Under the pieces are notes generated by a model that made no database searches, was not told the DNA's origin, and saw only the letters and a list, made by a program, of their open reading frames with translations. From an uncultured Gemmatimonadaceae bacterium (GTDB lineage: Bacteria; Gemmatimonadota; Gemmatimonadetes; Gemmatimonadales; Gemmatimonadaceae), in assembly GCA_963790305.1 (NCBI GenBank), contig CAWBOC010000005.1, positions 160,001 through 224,000 of the forward strand: a DNA stretch of 64,000 nt, read 5' to 3'. The position numbers and the translations under genes were made by a program. This document shows, piece after piece, positions 60,370-64,000 of the stretch. Position 1 is the first letter of the stretch, and each line of letters begins with the position of its first letter.

Positions 60370-60768
60370 ATGAAGAAGAGCGCGAAGGCTCGGTTCGCCA
60401 TCAAGAGCTGGGATGAAAAGCCCTACAGTGAGGGGCAGGACCAGCCAAAGCTCACTCGGGCCAGCGTCATCAAGACCTACACCGGCGACATCGAGGGGGA
60501 GGCGCAGGTCGAGTACCTCATGATGTACCGCCGCGATGGCTCGGCGACCTTCGTAGGCCTCGAGCGCTTCGTCGGACGGATCGGCGGCAAGACCGGCACC
60601 TTCGTGCTCCAGCGCACTGGTGTATTCGAAAGCGGGCAGGCCAAAGAGTCCTATTCCGTCATCCCCGGCTCGGCAACTGGAGACCTTCACGGCCTCGTGG
60701 GCGACGGGAGCTCCGCCGTTGGACACGGCATGGAGCATCCTTTCACCCTGAGCTATGAGTTGGCTTAG
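60370..60768 (+). CDS. DUF3224-like protein
   Basis: F.IKSWDE, GDIEG, FVGLERF.G, VIPGSATGDL.GL.G. Confidence 0.85.
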   Translation: MKKSAKARFAIKSWDEKPYSEGQDQPKLTRASVIKTYTGDIEGEAQVEYLMMYRRDGSATFVGLERFVGRIGGKTGTFVLQRTGVFESGQAKESYSVIPGSATGDLHGLVGDGSSAVGHGMEHPFTLSYELA

Positions 60769-60796
60769 CATTCCGGCGCGCGCGGCTGCGACGTTA

Positions 60797-60822
60797 CAGG
60801 TGAGCTCGCGCGTTAGGCGTCG
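60797..60822 (+). mobile_element. attC-like right half (L'/R') remnant
   Basis: caggtgagctcgcgcGTTAGGCgtcg; 60812-60822 is the exact reverse complement of 61275-61285. Confidence 0.6.
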
Positions 60823-60846
60823 CAAAGAGGCCGTTCGGAGGCGCGT

Positions 60847-61284
60847 ATGTCGGTACTGAAGACCAAACCCACGGAAGTCAGCGTCGAGAGTCACATCGCT
60901 GCTCTTGCGAACGAGGAGCAGCGGAATGACGCCCAGCGTCTGGTTGTTCTCATGCGAAAAGTGACCAAGCAGGAACCAAGGATGTGGGGCCCAAGCATTG
61001 TGGGATTCGGGACCTACCATTACAAGTACGCCAGCGGTCACGAAGGCGATTCCGCTCTCGCTGCGTTTGCCGCGCGTGGAAGGGAGTTGGTGGTCTACAT
61101 CGCGGAGAGCTTCGAAGGTCGGGACGTCCTGTTAGCCAAGCTGGGAAAGCACAGGATTGGGAAGGTATGCGTCTACATCAGACGGCTGGCCAACGTCGAT
61201 CTGAAGGTCCTGGAGACGTTGATAGCCCGATCGGTAGCAGATACGAAGAGTCGCTATCCGCAGTCCAGGCAGAACGACGCCTAA
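60847..61284 (+). CDS. DUF1801-like protein (putative gene cassette)
   Basis: KTKPT, MWGPSIVGFG.YHY.YASG.EGD, LGKH..GK.C.YI. Confidence 0.88.
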   Translation: MSVLKTKPTEVSVESHIAALANEEQRNDAQRLVVLMRKVTKQEPRMWGPSIVGFGTYHYKYASGHEGDSALAAFAARGRELVVYIAESFEGRDVLLAKLGKHRIGKVCVYIRRLANVDLKVLETLIARSVADTKSRYPQSRQNDA

Positions 61285-62096
61285 CGAACGGGGACGAGAA
61301 CCTCTGTGAGCAGTTCGGCCGGCGCCGTTCGCTCCGGCGGCGTGAGATAGATCTCGACGCACGGCGCCTTGCGCATCGATCGTCCTTCGCGAGGCATGAA
61401 CTCGAGCGCGAGCCACGCGTACGTCTCGGCGACGCGATCGAACGGGCCGCGATGGACGGCGGTCGCGTACTCGCCCCCGCAGACCTCAGTCACGCCGACG
61501 TCGCCTTCACCCCGAACGTTCGCGGTGATCTCGATGCAACAGTCGAAGCGGAGCTGCGCGGCCGGCGTGATGCGCGGATCGTCGTGCGCGAGGCCGAGAA
61601 ACAGCGGCTCGATGTTCGAAGCGCGCGCCGCGGCCCAGACGGCGAGCCGTTCGAACACCGGGCGTACCTGATCGTACGGGCCGACGTGCCGGACGAACGC
61701 GACGCGAAGCGGCGTGAGCGTCTCGATGCGACCCACGAGCCTTCGTTGTTCAACCACGGGTCCGGCCCAGCGTCCGCGCTCGCGTTCGCGAAACACACCG
61801 GGTGCGCAGCCGAAGCGTTCGCCAAAGGCGCGCGTGAACGCGCTCTGGCTTCCGTACCCCGCCTCTCGTCCAATATCGGCGACGGCGCGATGACTCGTCG
61901 ACAGCTCATGCGCCGCGCGCTCCAGTCGCAACCGCCGGACATACACGGCCGGCGGCTCTCCGACGACCGCCGTGAAGAGCCGATGAAAGTGAAACGGCGA
62001 GAGACACGCGTGATCGGCCAGCTCGGGCAGCGAGAAGGTGGCATCGAGGTCGCGCTCGATGGCGACCACCGCGCGCATCACGCGCTCGACGCTCAC
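61281..62096 (-). CDS. AraC family regulator with GyrI-like effector domain
   Basis: LSPFHFHRLF, GYGSQSAFTRAF, RHVGPY, HDDP, HRGPF, EIYL. Confidence 0.93.
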   Translation of the reverse strand: MSVERVMRAVVAIERDLDATFSLPELADHACLSPFHFHRLFTAVVGEPPAVYVRRLRLERAAHELSTSHRAVADIGREAGYGSQSAFTRAFGERFGCAPGVFRERERGRWAGPVVEQRRLVGRIETLTPLRVAFVRHVGPYDQVRPVFERLAVWAAARASNIEPLFLGLAHDDPRITPAAQLRFDCCIEITANVRGEGDVGVTEVCGGEYATAVHRGPFDRVAETYAWLALEFMPREGRSMRKAPCVEIYLTPPERTAPAELLTEVLVPVR

Positions 62097-62482
62097 CGCC
62101 GCGCCGCGAGCAGACCTGCCGCTACGCCCGCGAGGAGTCTTCCCGCCCAGGAGGCCGCGAAGAGGGGAATGAACTTCGCTCCGGTCGCCATCGTTAGGAC
62201 GGCGTCGAGCAGCGCGACCGCGACGCCGACGAGTGTGCCGTGCAGAAGCGGGCGACCCGTGCTACGGGCGGCCCAGAAGGCAAAGCCAAACGTGGCGATG
62301 GCTCCGGCTATCGGACCGAGCCACATTCCGACGCGTTCCGCGAAGGCCTGGCGCGTTTGCGGGTCGACGCCTCTGGTCTCGTAGATGAGTACGACCACGA
62401 CGAGCAGCAGGATGGGAGTGAGCTCGCTGGCGATCGTCGCCAGCGTGATACGGCCGATCCGAATTCCATTTGTTCCGGGCAC
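62093..62482 (-). CDS. hypothetical 4-TM membrane protein
   Basis: Hydrophobic ORF with GTGA overlap to the AraC gene. Confidence 0.7.
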   Translation of the reverse strand: MPGTNGIRIGRITLATIASELTPILLLVVVVLIYETRGVDPQTRQAFAERVGMWLGPIAGAIATFGFAFWAARSTGRPLLHGTLVGVAVALLDAVLTMATGAKFIPLFAASWAGRLLAGVAAGLLAARR

Positions 62483-62631
62483 GGCGCCGATCCTGTGAAG
62501 AGGTGGCGCGAAGATACCGTGTGGCTGGCGCGCGCGGGGGAGCGCGCGCCCAAGTCCGCAAGAAATGTCAAATCACGGCTTGCGTCATGCTCCGATTCAA
62601 CACTCCGAACCCCTGGAAAAGGAATATCGCA

Positions 62632-63228
62632 ATGTCGAAGGTTGTCGCGATCATGTCCATGTCGCTCGACGGCTACGTCGCCGACGTCAACGATGGCGTA
62701 GCCGAAGTGTTCGACTGGTATGTCAACTCGGGGGACGTCGAATTCCACACCGGAGGATCGGACCCCATGACGTTCAAGGTGTCCCGGCCAAGCGCCGAGC
62801 ACCTTCGCAGTCTCTGGTCCGAGCTTGGTGCCGTGCTCACCGGTCGACGCACCTTCGACGTCGCCCAGGGCTGGGGCGGAAATCACGCGTGGGGACCAGC
62901 ATTCGTCCTTACCCACCACATCCCCGCCGGATGGCCGCGACCCAACTCGACTGTCCACTTCGTGACCGACGGCATCGCAAGCGCCGTGAACCAGGCGAAA
63001 GCCGCCGCCGCCGGGAAGTCCGTTGGGCTCCACGGCGCCGACACCATCCAGCAGTGCCTGAATGCTGGCCTCCTCGACGAAATCCACGTCGACATCGCGG
63101 CGGTTCTGCTTGGCTCCGGAGTTCGACTCTTCGATCACCTCGCCGGCACGCCAGCCGTCCTTGGCAACCCAAAGGTGATCCCGGGCGTCGGCGTTACACA
63201 CGTGCGCTACCCAGTACGCAAGGCGTAG
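62632..63228 (+). CDS. dihydrofolate reductase/RibD C-terminal family protein
   Basis: MSLDGYVA, GRRTF, GLLDEI, LLGSGVRLF. Confidence 0.9.
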   Translation: MSKVVAIMSMSLDGYVADVNDGVAEVFDWYVNSGDVEFHTGGSDPMTFKVSRPSAEHLRSLWSELGAVLTGRRTFDVAQGWGGNHAWGPAFVLTHHIPAGWPRPNSTVHFVTDGIASAVNQAKAAAAGKSVGLHGADTIQQCLNAGLLDEIHVDIAAVLLGSGVRLFDHLAGTPAVLGNPKVIPGVGVTHVRYPVRKA

Positions 63229-63245
63229 CCTACCCTACTTACGCA

Positions 63246-63794
<549 letters not shown>

Positions 63795-63844
63795 CCATCG
63801 TTAGGTAGATGCGTCCCTTAGCCGCGAGGTCACCCTGGGAGGGC

Positions 63845-64000
63845 ATGATGTACTTGCAGAGCGACACCGCCTACCGATTGGCTGCGAGCATCGCGCTCGT
63901 CACCGCGATCGTGATCGTGTGGCTCAATGCTGCCGCGGGCCTCATCGGGATTGAGGACGACGACCCCGCCAACCTGCTATATGCCGCGGTGCTTGCCATC
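63845..64000 (+). CDS. membrane protein, 5' part (runs off the window)
   Basis: GGAGG SD; MMYLQSDTAYRLAASIALVTAIVIVWLNAAAGLIG, open to the window end. Confidence 0.7.
   Translation, partial: MMYLQSDTAYRLAASIALVTAIVIVWLNAAAGLIGIEDDDPANLLYAAVLAI

Overview
A GC-rich, gene-dense bacterial window. The gene repertoire looks Gemmatimonadota-like, but that is inference only. I saw no rRNA, tRNA, CRISPR array, transposase or integrase. Recognisable blocks are: aceB-aceA divergent from ppc; a rhomboid/scramblase-like pair; an ECF42-type sigma factor with a DGPF/YciI gene; proline dehydrogenase-ureohydrolase-nhaA; the known 4-gene ligase-associated DNA damage response operon; a sigma54-type two-component system; a CPA2 antiporter; ArsR-SRPBCC; a large cluster of exported peptidases and amidohydrolases with an amino-acid permease and GntR; and an accessory tail (56-64 kb) of small genes. 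About ten single-base frameshifts suggest uncorrected sequencing or assembly indels. The most interesting unexplained signals are: (1) three small unknown genes at 24.9-26.6 kb, two sharing a repeated Trp-rich domain, each with its own -24/-12 (sigma54-like) motif, next to an enhancer-binding two-component system; (2) five intergenic palindromes whose arms are built from different 6-9-nt tandem repeats; (3) an unknown multi-TM protein plus vWA/MIDAS lipoprotein operon with a three-way-junction leader hiding its Shine-Dalgarno; (4) attC-like remnants suggesting the last 8 kb is a decayed integron cassette array; (5) matching ECF42 promoter motifs before two DGPF genes 48 kb apart. All family calls come from motif recognition by eye; no database search was run.
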